DNA of 64,000 nt. Origin: an uncultured delta proteobacterium (GTDB lineage: Bacteria > Myxococcota_A > Polyangia > Palsa-1104). This document shows, in pieces, positions 53,501 to 62,773 of this stretch. The stretch's first letter is position 1, and each line of letters begins with the position of its first letter. The translations under genes and the position numbers were made by a program. A model generated the notes under the pieces. It had not been told where the DNA came from and searched no databases. It was given only the letters and a program-made list of their open reading frames with translations. Location: the NCBI GenBank assembly GCA_963785725.1, contig CAWAWS010000039.1, positions 416,001 to 480,000 on the forward strand, given 5' to 3'.

Positions 53501-54826
53501 GGGCGAGTTCGTGCCGTCGGTGACGGCTTCGCTGCGCGAGGGCGGGTTCGTGCCGTCGGCGACGCCTTCGCTGCGCGAGGGCGAGTTCGTGCCGTTGGCG
53601 ACGCCTTCGCTGCGCGACGGCGGGTTCGCGTCGCCGGTGACGGCTTCGCTGCTCGGCTGCTCGACGGCGGTGACGATGCGGTCGAGCAGCGCGTCGGCCG
53701 CGGCCGCGACCTCGGCGGGACAGACCAGCGTCAGCTCGACTCGATCGCGACACTCGATGGCGACGAGCGACAACGCCGCCAGCGGCACATGCACCGGCAG
53801 CGAATAGATCGTCGTCGCGCGGAAATCGCCACCGGACAGCGCCCGCGGATCGACGCGCCCGAGGTGCGACAGGATGGCCGTCGCCGCGAAATGTCCACGC
53901 CGGCGCAGACGCAACGACGCTTTGATGATGCTCGTCATCATCCAGATCGGCATCTTCGCCAGCGCGCCTTCCGAACCATCGACGGCGAGCTCGCGCTTCT
54001 CCGCCAACGCCGACAACAGCTGCTCGTAGAGGCCTTCCCAGGGTTCGTTCGGCTGCGCGTCGAGGAAGATGGGCAGGCTCAAGTTGCTCGTCGCGGACAG
54101 CGCCGGCGCATGACGGCGCAGATCGACGGGCACCATGAAGCGCAAACGCGTGCCGGGCGCGGCGTTGGCGGCCAACGTCGCCGCCAGCTTGGCGACGAGG
54201 CCGGGCTGCGCGCCGGCGAGCGTGCGCCGCTTCCAGACGAACGCGTCCGCTGCGTCTTGCGCGTTCGCCGCCGTCGTGGCGAGCGGCGACGGGCAGTCGA
54301 ACGTCGGTCGCGTCCGGCGATGGCGGGCGCCGAGCTGCGTCAAGAGCGCGACGTCGGTCATCGTCGCGGCGGCGGCGCGCAGCGGCTCACCGCGATAGGC
54401 GCGCCAGATCTCGTGGGCCCATATGAGCGCGCCCTTGCCGTCCATGACGCCGTGGAACGCGCGAATGATGACGGTCGTACGCATTGGGCGGCGGACGACG
54501 ACGACTTCGCAGGTCGGGCCGGCCTGCACGTCGAGCGACTGACGCCAGCGCGGCGACTCTTCGTCGGGCCGTTCGTCGCCGTCGACGACCGTGACCGGCG
54601 GCGCGACACCGCTCTCGACCCACTGCTTGCCGTCGAGGACGAGGCGCGCGCCCGGGCAGGCGGCCGCAGCTTCGGCGACGGCGCGCGTGAGCCGCGCCAA
54701 ATCGACGTCGCCCTCGCCGTCGATGAAGAGCTGAATCGCGAACGGCCCGGCGATGCGCGCGCCGGCCAAGTACAGCCGTTCGTTGGGCGAAACGTCGCGC
54801 CGAAATGTTGGAGTCGCCGTCATCAT
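50579..54826 (-). CDS. Monomodular NRPS C-A-T (LstE-like), predicted Asn-activating
   Basis: C: FHGVMDG. A: YTSGSTGQPKGV, FDLT, GGE, NEYGPTE, YRTGDL, QVKIRGHRIE, NGKAD. T: GGDSL. No TE. Confidence 0.9.
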   Translation of the reverse strand: MMTATPTFRRDVSPNERLYLAGARIAGPFAIQLFIDGEGDVDLARLTRAVAEAAAACPGARLVLDGKQWVESGVAPPVTVVDGDERPDEESPRWRQSLDVQAGPTCEVVVVRRPMRTTVIIRAFHGVMDGKGALIWAHEIWRAYRGEPLRAAAATMTDVALLTQLGARHRRTRPTFDCPSPLATTAANAQDAADAFVWKRRTLAGAQPGLVAKLAATLAANAAPGTRLRFMVPVDLRRHAPALSATSNLSLPIFLDAQPNEPWEGLYEQLLSALAEKRELAVDGSEGALAKMPIWMMTSIIKASLRLRRRGHFAATAILSHLGRVDPRALSGGDFRATTIYSLPVHVPLAALSLVAIECRDRVELTLVCPAEVAAAADALLDRIVTAVEQPSSEAVTGDANPPSRSEGVANGTNSPSRSEGVADGTNPPSRSEAVTDGTNSPSRSDGVANGTNPPSRSEAIANGTNSPSRNVSVQPRLDAVSAPERNDIGTLDGEDLRAPDRLQHPSAAAKERPATTPAPADATNDDDGSRPSLDEWAANDTAAPIPARTVAGLFADQAARTPDAVALVCGDETVTYAALARRSDAVAAALRARGVGAGAVVGLLVDRDPQAIVMMFGIIKAGAAYLPLDPQYPAERLGWLLTDARAALCLTTRAHAARLDGVFTGALALAHELGDDAAMSTADRSALVPTEAHATVAPTDTRVAVVAVDRHGPVPPTDEHSAVAPLDEHSAIAPLDEHGSVGQLDGHSAVAPRDRYSAVVPTDGHSAVAPTDGHSAVAPTDGHSAVAAVDTHGAVPPTNEPSAFRPTERHRVFTPIDEDPRSLAYILYTSGSTGQPKGVQIEHRSLVNYVGWAQAAYGIDAGSRFALFTSLAFDLTATAIFPPLLAGGSIALVPEALDHLTLRTILHDSGANALKLTPTHLQLITQLEGAAPRGFRTLIVGGEQLTMTLARKAQARFGADCRIVNEYGPTEATIGCVCHVFDAARDGDLAAVPIGVPGRNMQAHLLDADRRPVARGASGELYLAGDCLARGYLDRPDLNRERFVKLLDGRRAYRTGDLARLNGRGLLEFLGRADEQVKIRGHRIEPGEIEAVIAAQPGVAQALVVGRARAGGAGGDPILCAYYVPSAIDGERARSAASGDEAASRTSLADAQATPANASRRPAVIDETAAQTSLAGAQPTGADETRRHAVVDEAALRRALERQLPAFMIPSFIFAVDEIALTVNGKADLRRLPNPADHMQRAATAPTSSDGDATLATPAANIVAPLAANAPPLSPNAPQLAPLASHAPQLASRGADAPQLASPRADAQTAAVHGANGAPAASADALTAAVAAIWSELLAVDAAAIHPDSDFHALGGDSLQMVQLFAAIGHRIVGADLEPRFMQHIRPILRRPTLGGLCAAIRDVRRAAAAEAQT
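52400..52760 (-). repeat. In-frame 27-bp repeats (HSAVAPTDG-like) inside the NRPS A domain
   Basis: About 10 degenerate copies visible in the translation. Confidence 0.85.
53416..53652 (-). repeat. In-frame 39-bp repeats (SEGVANGTNSPSR-like, 6 copies) in the NRPS C-A linker
   Basis: Visible in DNA and translation. Confidence 0.9.
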
Positions 54827-55169
54827 TAGGCCTGCCGGCTGCCGCAATGACGGCGATCGCGCGTCAGCCCAGGACGGCGTCGCAGCGCGCGCGGTGAAGT
54901 GTGGGGCGAGCTTGGCGTCGTGTGCGTGATGGGCGCCGCTGGTTGGGAAAAGGCGTCGTGCCGAAATGTTGGAGTCGCCGTCATCATTAGGCCTGCCGAC
55001 TGCCGCAATGACGCCGATCGAGCATCAGCCGAGAACGGCGTCGCAGCGCGCGCGGTGAAGCGTGCGGCGAGCTCGGCGTCGGGCACGTCGTCATTTGACG
55101 ACCGCCTGAATCGGCCGCGAAATCGCCGTGCGGCAGTTCGGGCGAGCGTGGCGTCGGGCACGTCGTCAT
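54826..55169 (-). other. Two duplication-derived mini-ORFs (54987-55169, 60 aa; 54826-54987, 53 aa) bridging lstD-like and lstE-like genes
   Basis: ATGA, TAATG and TAATG overlaps; both end in DRRHCGSRQA; the second starts with the NRPS N-terminus MMTATPTFR. Confidence 0.6.
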
Positions 55170-56225
55170 TTGACGAACCGCGTGAATTCGTCGAGGCCGC
55201 CGATTTCGTCGACCCAGTCGCGCAATCGGCGTAGGCCGGTCGGCTGATCGATCGTCGGGCGAAATCCGAAGTCGCGGCGCGCGGCGGTCGTGTCGTACGT
55301 CGCCGTCAGCGTCAGGAGGCCGAGCGCGTAGCGCGACAGCGGCGGGGAGCGGCGATCGCCGAGGCCGGGCAGCTGCCACAAGACGTCGATGGCGCGGGCC
55401 AGCGCGCGCGCCATCGGCAACGGTATGCGCCGGCGCACGCGCGGCAGCTCGAACAGCTCGGCGAGCACGTTCGCGAACGGCCAGACGTCGGTCGGCTCGG
55501 CGTCGCACACGAAGTAGGCCTTGCCGCCGACCGCCGGCGAGCGCGCCGCCTGCAGGCATGCGGCGGCGGCGTGGTCGACGTAACAGAGGCTCGCCTTGAA
55601 CGCGCTTGCCGCCCGAGAGGTCGGGCAGTCGACCGGCGGCCAGCTTGGCGACGATCTTCGGCAGGAAGCCGGTGCGATCGCGCGGTCCCCAGATGCCGCG
55701 CGGCCGAATGGCGCAGGTGACGAAGCCGCGGCCGTTGGCGCCGAGGACGAGCTGCTCGGCCAGCGCCTTGGTCTCCGAGTACAAGTTCACGAAGCGAGGC
55801 GGATAAGGATAGCGCTCATCAATGGCCACCTGATCGCGATCGTCGGCGACGACGCTGGGGCTGCTGACGAACACGAAGCGGCTGACGCCGTTGCGGCGCG
55901 CGGCGTCGACGAGGGCGCGCGTGCCGGCGACGTTGGCGTCCCAGAATTGACGGCGCGTGCCGAAGTCGCTGACGCGCGCGGCCGAGTGGTAGACGACGTC
56001 GACGCCGCGCGTGGCGGCGGCGAGCGACTTGGGCTCGGTGACGTCGCCGGGGACGAGCTCGACGGCGCCTCGGTCGCTGGCGGTAACGGCGGCCGAGCGC
56101 GCGCGCAAATGAGCCGTGTCGCTCGTCGGCCGAACGAGCGCGCGCACGTCGTCACCGGCGGCGAGGCAGTGGTCGACGAGGTGGCCGCCCAAGAAGCCGG
56201 AGGCGCCGGTGACGAGGACCTTCAC
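55166..56225 (-). CDS. 3-beta-HSD-type NAD(P)-dependent reductase (OleD/LstD-like), apparent +1 frameshift near 55599
   Basis: VLVTGASGFLG, VSSPSV, YSETK, RPRGIWGPRD; removing one base gives KRVKASLCYVDHAA..GKAYFVCD..ARRDFGF. Confidence 0.85.
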
Positions 56226-56587
56226 GTGCTCGGTCCCACGGGAAAGCGAGGCCGGACGAGGCGGCCGCCCAAGAAGTCGGCCGAACTGGCTGTGACTGCT
56301 CTCCGCTTGCACGGCCGTAAGGCAAAACCAGGCGTGACGAGCACGGCGCCCGAGCAATGCGCGGTGCCGGCCGCGCTCGCCGTTCCGCGGCGCGGCGGCG
56401 CGGCGAAGCCAGGCGGGACGAGCACGCCGCGCCCGAAATCCACCGCGTTGCGCGGCGGCGCGGCGAAGCTAGGCGCGACGAGCACGCCGCGCCCGAAATC
56501 CAACGCGCGGCGCGGCGGCACGGCGAAGCCAGGCGCGAGGAGCACGCCGCGCCCGAAATCCACCGCGCCGCCGATCAACGCCTTCAC
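56222..56587 (-). other. Repeat-derived 121-aa spacer ORF (about 60-bp units) between lstC-like and lstD-like genes
   Basis: GTGA overlaps at both ends; 60-bp unit GGCGAAGCYAGGCG..GAGCACGCCGCGCCCGAAATCCA three times. Confidence 0.55.
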
Positions 56588-58821
56588 GTGCGCGGCCCCG
56601 CTCCGGCGTCGAGGAACTTCCACCACGTCGCGCCATACAAGAACGTGTAAGCCACCGTTTGCGTCCGCGAGTAGCCGGCGCGCCGACCGCGCGGCAACGC
56701 CGTGAACAGCTGCAGCCCATGCACGACGACGCTCAGGAACACGTCGATCGCCCACAGCACCCGCAACAGCGACGGCAGCGGCACGACGAGGCCAATGATG
56801 ATGAACAACCAACCCGCGAGCGGAATCAGCTTGAGCGCGTGCGGCGGCGGCGCCAGCTGACGCGCGGCCCATTCGGCCAGCTGCCCGCGGTCGATCTTGG
56901 CGTTGTGGCGAATGTCGACGGGAAAGCCGCGATGAAACAGGAACGCGCGCGCGCCGCGCGTCAACGGATTCGCGGCCGCCAGCGCGATGAGCTGCCGCTC
57001 GATGGCCGGCCGGTTCCGCCACTGGTCGCGCTGCAGCTCGACGCACACCACCGGCTGTTGCGCGCCGATCGGCCCGACACCGACGAGCGCGCTGCGATAG
57101 ACGGCCGGATGCGCGTCGAAAATGCCCTCCCATTGCGCCGTGTACTGCGGTCCGCGCACCGTGTGCACCGTCTGGCTCTTGCGCCCGGCGAACCAGACGC
57201 GTCCGTCGCCGTCGACGCGGCCGAGGTCGCCCGTGCGATGCCAGCTGCGCGCGCCGTCTTCGATCTTCATGAGCGCGTTCGACTCGGGCGACTCGTGATA
57301 GCGGCGACTGACGAGCGGCCCGGCGATCGTCAGCTCGCCCACCTCGCCCGGCGCCGCCAGCAGCGCGTTGGACCAGCGCGTGATCGGGTCGTCGCTCGTG
57401 CGAATGACGCGCAGCTGCAGCGACGGCAGCGGCCGGCCGACGCAGCTGCCGTGGCCAGCCGCGCTGCGCGCCGAGAGCGAGCCCGCATGCTCGCCGTTCT
57501 TGGGAGATGATGCGTCTGCGAGCGTGGCATTTCCCGACCGAAGCGCGCCGTCCCGCGCGGGTCGGCCGGCGGCGCCATCGCCTGCGGCCGCAGCGACCGC
57601 GGCGGCAGCGCCGGTCACCGCATCGCCCGCGGCCGCGTCGCCGGTCGCCGCCGCGCCGGTCGCCGCCGCGCCGGTCACGGCATCGCCCGCGGCCGCGTCG
57701 CCGGTCGCCGCCGCGCCGGTCACGGCATCGCCCGCGGCCGCGCCGGTCGCCGCCGCGCCAGTCGCCGCGTCGCCGGCCGCCGTATCGCCGAACAGCTCGT
57801 CGGCGGCGATCGACGCGATCGGCAGCGCCTCGGTCGCGCCATACGTCACGTGCAGCCGCGCGTCCGCCGCCATTAGCCCGACGAACCGCCGCGCGATCGA
57901 CGGCAACACCGGCGCGCCGCCCGCAATCACCCGCCGCAGCGAAGGCAACTTATGATGATGCTCGACCGCATAGTCGCCCACCCGCCGCAAGAACGCGGGC
58001 GACGCGAACATATGCGTGACCTCGTGCTGCGCGATCGTCGCGATCATCGCCGCCGCGTCCGCCAGCGCCGGCCGGTTGGGATCGATCGGCGGCAAGATCG
58101 TCGTCGCGCCGATCAGCAAATGAAAGGCCGTGAACAGCGGCAGCGGCGCCAGCGCGACATCATCCGGCCCGTGCGCGAACTCGTGCTCGATGCTGCCGAT
58201 CATGGCGTCGGCGATGCCATGCGTGTACTCGACGCCTTTGGCCGGCCCGGTGGCGCCGGTCGTGAAGTTGATCATCAAGAGATCGTCGGCGCGCGTCTCG
58301 GCGATCGGAAACGGCCCGCTCGGCGCCGTGAAAGCGGCCGGCGGCGGCAGCGTGGCGCCGGTCCAGCCGAGCTTGCGCCCGACGGTGACCCAGCTCCGTA
58401 ACGACTCGAACGAGCGCGGAAACAGCACGCGCACGACGTGCGCCGCCGGAATGCCGACGAGCGCGTCGGCCCCGACGGTGCGATAGGCGTGCAGCATGCG
58501 TCCGAGGCCCATGCCCGGGTCGACGACGACCGGTACGGCGCCTACCTTGAACAGCGCGAACAGCACCGTGAACAGCTCGGGGCTTGGCTTGACCATGAGC
58601 AGCGTCTTCGTACCGCGCCCGATCCTGGCCGCGACCAGCGCGTGCGCCCAGCGGTCCGACTCCTCGTCGAGCTCGCGGAACGTCTTCGACGCATAATGAT
58701 GACGTGCGTCAGCATTGAAGTAGAGCGCGCGCTTGTCCGGCCAGCGCCGCGCGTTTTCCCGCAGCCGCGTGGCGACGTTCAACGGCGAGGCGTGCGGCGT
58801 CTGTGGCGCGAGCGTAGCCAA
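56584..58821 (-). CDS. Beta-lactone synthetase (OleC/LstC-like adenylate-forming enzyme) with C-terminal membrane segment
   Basis: VVDPGMG, FTTGATGPAKGV, YGATEALPI, WHRTGDLG, WFAGRKSQ, FPVDIRHNAKI; TTG start. Confidence 0.9.
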   Translation of the reverse strand: MATLAPQTPHASPLNVATRLRENARRWPDKRALYFNADARHHYASKTFRELDEESDRWAHALVAARIGRGTKTLLMVKPSPELFTVLFALFKVGAVPVVVDPGMGLGRMLHAYRTVGADALVGIPAAHVVRVLFPRSFESLRSWVTVGRKLGWTGATLPPPAAFTAPSGPFPIAETRADDLLMINFTTGATGPAKGVEYTHGIADAMIGSIEHEFAHGPDDVALAPLPLFTAFHLLIGATTILPPIDPNRPALADAAAMIATIAQHEVTHMFASPAFLRRVGDYAVEHHHKLPSLRRVIAGGAPVLPSIARRFVGLMAADARLHVTYGATEALPIASIAADELFGDTAAGDAATGAAATGAAAGDAVTGAAATGDAAAGDAVTGAAATGAAATGDAAAGDAVTGAAAAVAAAAGDGAAGRPARDGALRSGNATLADASSPKNGEHAGSLSARSAAGHGSCVGRPLPSLQLRVIRTSDDPITRWSNALLAAPGEVGELTIAGPLVSRRYHESPESNALMKIEDGARSWHRTGDLGRVDGDGRVWFAGRKSQTVHTVRGPQYTAQWEGIFDAHPAVYRSALVGVGPIGAQQPVVCVELQRDQWRNRPAIERQLIALAAANPLTRGARAFLFHRGFPVDIRHNAKIDRGQLAEWAARQLAPPPHALKLIPLAGWLFIIIGLVVPLPSLLRVLWAIDVFLSVVVHGLQLFTALPRGRRAGYSRTQTVAYTFLYGATWWKFLDAGAGPRT
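57575..57785 (-). repeat. In-frame Gly/Ala/Thr/Asp 15-bp repeat insertion in the OleC/LstC-like gene
   Basis: GDAAT/GAAAT/GDAVT run in the translation. Confidence 0.85.
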
Positions 58822-58826
58822 TGATG

Positions 58827-59711
58827 TTAGCGACGATAGATTGTGCAGGCGGTGGTCAGGCCGGCGCCGGCGGATACGAACAAGACCTGCTCGAAGCGCG
58901 CCGTCTGACCGCTCTTGCCGCCCTCATGAAAGCCGAGCGTCAGCGCCGACGTGTGCGGGTCGCCGCCGACGTCGACGCGTACCGTCGCCGCGTCGTCCAC
59001 TTTGAGCTGCGCGGCCAAGGCGGCGCCGAAGCGCGGCGTCACCTGCGACGTCACCAGCAGCGTCTTGCCGAGGTCGATGCGCTCGGCGACGACGTATTCG
59101 TGCACGGCGTCGCGCGCCAGCTCGATGAGCCGCTCGGCGTACCCGTCGTCGGTGTGCACGCTGATTCGCTCGCGTCCGTTCGGCCCGTCCTCGACGAGCA
59201 CGCCCTGCCGGCCGACGAAGCCGTCGTTGGAGTCGCGCACTTGCAGCCGGCCGAAGCCGCGCCCGTCGTCGGCGTCGTGCTGCAGCAGCATCGCCGCGCC
59301 CATCGTCGCGTAGGGAAAGCCGGGCACGTTCGTGCGCCCCGACGGATGCGCGTCGCTCGACACGATCAAGATCGACTGCCCGCGATCGACCGCCAAGAAC
59401 GCGCTCGCCACCTGAATCGCATTCAAGATGCCGCAGCCGCCGTTCATGAGGTCGAGCGACAACGCCGCCTTCTTCGTCGGAAACTTCACGTAATCGAGGT
59501 TGAGCCCGATCTCCTTGGCGACGAGCGCCGCCATCGCCGGCTCGACCATGTTGGCGTCGCGATAGACGCCGACGTTGATGAGCATGTCGATCTCTTCGAT
59601 GGCGACTCCCGCGTTCGCGAGGCAGTCCTTGGCGGCGAGGGCCGCGTGTGCGATGGAGCTGCCGATCCGGCCGTCGGTGGAGACGCCGGTCGCTTTGATG
59701 ATGGCGCCCAT
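58827..59711 (-). CDS. FabH/OleA-like subunit lacking the canonical triad (LstB-like)
   Basis: MVEPAMA retained; NGGCG, TSQV and GDPHTS replace NACxG, HQ and GNT. Confidence 0.8.
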   Translation of the reverse strand: MGAIIKATGVSTDGRIGSSIAHAALAAKDCLANAGVAIEEIDMLINVGVYRDANMVEPAMAALVAKEIGLNLDYVKFPTKKAALSLDLMNGGCGILNAIQVASAFLAVDRGQSILIVSSDAHPSGRTNVPGFPYATMGAAMLLQHDADDGRGFGRLQVRDSNDGFVGRQGVLVEDGPNGRERISVHTDDGYAERLIELARDAVHEYVVAERIDLGKTLLVTSQVTPRFGAALAAQLKVDDAATVRVDVGGDPHTSALTLGFHEGGKSGQTARFEQVLFVSAGAGLTTACTIYRR

Positions 59712-59713
59712 CG

Positions 59714-60766
59714 TTAGGCCGCCTCGAGCGAGCTGATCGTCGCCGCCAAGCAGCCGGTCACGACGCCCGACGCCGCGGGCACGAGCAGAAACTTTGCGCC
59801 GCGCTTCACCTTCTTCTCCTGCAGATGCTGATAGAGCACGATGAAATGCGAGGTCGTCGCCGTGTTGCCGAGCTGCTCGACCGATACCAGCGACTGCGGC
59901 ATCTCGGTTCCGAAGATCGTGCTCGCGTGGCGCGAAAACTTGCGAATCGCCTTCGTCCCCACTTGGTGGTGCACGATATAATCGTATTTCTCCGCCGCGA
60001 ACGTCGTCCCGCGCTTGGCCAGGAAATCCATATGGAAGCGCGGCCACAGCTGAATGCGCTCTTCTTTATGCATTTCGGCGTTATTCGTATACAGCGCTGG
60101 TCCCGAATGCTCGATGCTCGGCATTCCGATACAAAGCTTCGAATATTCGGCGCAGGTCATGAGCTCGATATAATGAATCTTGTCGGCGTCGTTCTCCGCG
60201 CGATCGAGAATGACGGCCGCGCCCGAATCGCCGACGGTGAGCGAGCCGAACTGCGAGTCGAACGGCTCCTTGATCTCCTGGACGGCGGTATCGGCGATCG
60301 GCGTGATGCATTCGCCGGAGACGACCATTCCGTTACGAACGATGCCGGCGCGAATCATGCGATCGAGCAGGTGAACGCCGGTCATCATTCCCGCGCAGGC
60401 ATTGGAGACGTCGAAATGAATGGCCGAATGCGCGCCCAAACCGCGCTTCAAATGCAGCGCGAATGACGGCTCGAAATGCATCGCATAACTGCCGCCTTTA
60501 TATCGAGTAATCGACGCCGAGATAATGACGTCGAGATCGCGCGCGCGATAACGCGAGCGCTTCAAGCAGTCGCGCGCCGCCAACATCGCCAGCGCGAACG
60601 AGTCTTCGAACGACTCCGCCCGTTTGTCGTGCACGCGCCGCGTCTCGATGCCCGTGATCTCCTGCAGGTCGAACAGCGGCTCGAATTGCATCTGGCTGAT
60701 CAAGTCGCGCGTCGACACCTTCGTCGACGGCAAGTAGGCACCCAAAGCTTCGAACCGCGTATCCAT
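59714..60766 (-). CDS. FabH/OleA-like Claisen-condensing enzyme (LstA-like)
   Basis: FDVSNACAG, SLTVGDSGAA, HHQVG, LGNTATTSH; SD GGAGG. Confidence 0.9.
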   Translation of the reverse strand: MDTRFEALGAYLPSTKVSTRDLISQMQFEPLFDLQEITGIETRRVHDKRAESFEDSFALAMLAARDCLKRSRYRARDLDVIISASITRYKGGSYAMHFEPSFALHLKRGLGAHSAIHFDVSNACAGMMTGVHLLDRMIRAGIVRNGMVVSGECITPIADTAVQEIKEPFDSQFGSLTVGDSGAAVILDRAENDADKIHYIELMTCAEYSKLCIGMPSIEHSGPALYTNNAEMHKEERIQLWPRFHMDFLAKRGTTFAAEKYDYIVHHQVGTKAIRKFSRHASTIFGTEMPQSLVSVEQLGNTATTSHFIVLYQHLQEKKVKRGAKFLLVPAASGVVTGCLAATISSLEAA

Positions 60767-61753
60767 CCGTCCTCCGTTGAAGGCGCCCGCTTGTGCAAGC
60801 AAGGTGCCCTCGTGTTTCAGCGCCAAAGCCAGGCGGATGGCGGCTTCCAGAAATCGACCCTGGAGACTGCAGCCCCGCTTCTAAGTCCCCGTGGGGACAG
60901 CTGTACTCGGCGTGCGCTGTATAGGACGCAGTGGCCCTTACAACGTCGCCCTGGCCGCGTCTCGTCGTCGCGTCGAGCTTTCGACCCCGCCGTTACGCGC
61001 TACATCTCCATACCCCAAATCGATGCCGCGGTGAGTCAAAATGTTTCGGTCGGCGCGAATTAAATGATTCGCCGCGCGCATTCCACGCGGATGTCGGATA
61101 GTTGCGCTCGCCCGAGAAAATACGAAGAAAAAGCCGCTCGTGAGGCATCTACGTGACGAGAAGACGAGCGTGGCGCAAATCGGAAACATGGCAATCGAGG
61201 CTGCTCGGCGAATGCGAAATGTGAGCGGAGACGGCGACCGCGGCCGCGAAGCCATCGCGAACGACGCGGCGCTGTGCCTATATGGACGCGAGGCCGCGCG
61301 AGCTTGGGCTGCAGACGAAACATTCGGCGTGCATTTTCGCCGCGCGAAAACGGCGATCTCGGCAATCGCTACGGCCGCCACGGTCGTACCGTTGGTATGA
61401 CGCGCGCTGACGTGGTGTTGCGAGCGACACCGGCGCGAAATCGGCGCGAACGCGGTGCGCGCTCGACGCCGCGAAACCCGCGCGACGCCAGCGCGCGAGC
61501 GCGCCGCTTCGTCGACGGGCGCGGCGCGAATTTGGCCCGACCATTTCGCCCTCGACAGCGGGCGCTACGTTCGCTATCAAGCGTCGCGGCCAGGACCTCG
61601 CGCGGCGCGGCCCCAGCCTCGGCGCGATGCGTCATGGCACCAACGAGAAGTGCTCTTTAGTATCGCCGCTTTCGTAGGGTATAAGGAGCGCGTTGGTGGG
61701 CGGCGGGCAGGACGGGTCGCTCACATTTCACGAATCTGGACGGTGCTGCTTTG

Positions 61754-62773
61754 ATGAATAACGCGCATAAGATCGACTCCGCTCCGCTCGCGCCCGAGCT
61801 CTGCCTGCGCATGCATGACTTGATGGTGCGCGCCCGCGTTCTCGAAGAGCGGCTCGTCTCCATGTATCGCCAAGGCGATGGTTACTTTTGGATCGGCGGC
61901 CCCGGCGAAGAGGCGTTCAACGTGCCGCTCGGCCTGCTGGTGAAAAAGGGGCAGGGCGTGCAGTACGATTATCTGCACCTGCACTATCGCTCGTCGGCGA
62001 CGCTGCTGGCGATGGGCGCCGACCCCGTCGATTCCTTGCGGCAAATGAAGAACACCGCGACCGATCCTTATTCGCGCGGGCGTAATTTCGCCGGCCATTA
62101 CTCGGTCAATAAATGGAATATCCCGCCCGTTTCCTCGCCGATCGAAGTGCAATATTCGATCGCGCCCGGAACGGCGTTGGCGCAAAAGCGCGCCGGCGGC
62201 GACGGCATCACCATCGTCACCGGCGGCGACGCCGGCACCGCCGAAGGCGACTTCGCGACCTGCCTCGTATGGAGCTCGCGCCGCGGCCACGAATTACCGT
62301 TACTCATTCTCGTCACCAACAATCGCTGGGGTATTTCGACGAGCTGGGATGGCCAGCACGGCGAAGAGCGCATCTCCGATCGCGGCAAAGCGTTCGGCAT
62401 GCCGACGCGCACCATCGACGGCAACGATCCCGAAGTCAGCTATCGCGCGCTGCAAGAGGCGATGGATTACGTGCGCCGCGAGCGGAAGCCCTATTTGCTC
62501 GAGGCGAACGTGTCGCGGCTTTACGGGCATTCGTCGGCGTCGGGCGCGAACTTCGTGCAGAGCGAGAACGACTGCTTGGCGCGCTTCGAGTCGACGCTGG
62601 AGGAGCGCAAGCTGATTACGCGCGCGCAAGCCGACGAGACGCGGGCGCAATACACGCAAGAGCTGTTGAAGGCGCATAAGCGCATTCGCGACGAAGCGCA
62701 GCCGTCGGGCGACGATATCTTCAAGCACGTCTTTGCCGACGCGCCCGCGTTCGACGATCAGGAGGTCGGCTGA
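61754..62773 (+). CDS. TPP-dependent 2-oxoacid dehydrogenase E1 alpha, probably branched-chain
   Basis: LHYRS, GGDAGTAEGDF..NNRWGIS TPP motif, RLYGHSSAS. Confidence 0.9.
   Translation: MNNAHKIDSAPLAPELCLRMHDLMVRARVLEERLVSMYRQGDGYFWIGGPGEEAFNVPLGLLVKKGQGVQYDYLHLHYRSSATLLAMGADPVDSLRQMKNTATDPYSRGRNFAGHYSVNKWNIPPVSSPIEVQYSIAPGTALAQKRAGGDGITIVTGGDAGTAEGDFATCLVWSSRRGHELPLLILVTNNRWGISTSWDGQHGEERISDRGKAFGMPTRTIDGNDPEVSYRALQEAMDYVRRERKPYLLEANVSRLYGHSSASGANFVQSENDCLARFESTLEERKLITRAQADETRAQYTQELLKAHKRIRDEAQPSGDDIFKHVFADAPAFDDQEVG

Noticed and set aside
55166..60766. Ordinary oleABCD olefin cluster
   Set aside because: There is no OleB, there are two split FabH-like subunits, and an NRPS and GNAT are coupled downstream.
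60938..61754. Short ORFs between the lstA-like gene and E1 alpha
   Set aside because: No motifs, no clear SD and mutually overlapping frames; treated as intergenic.
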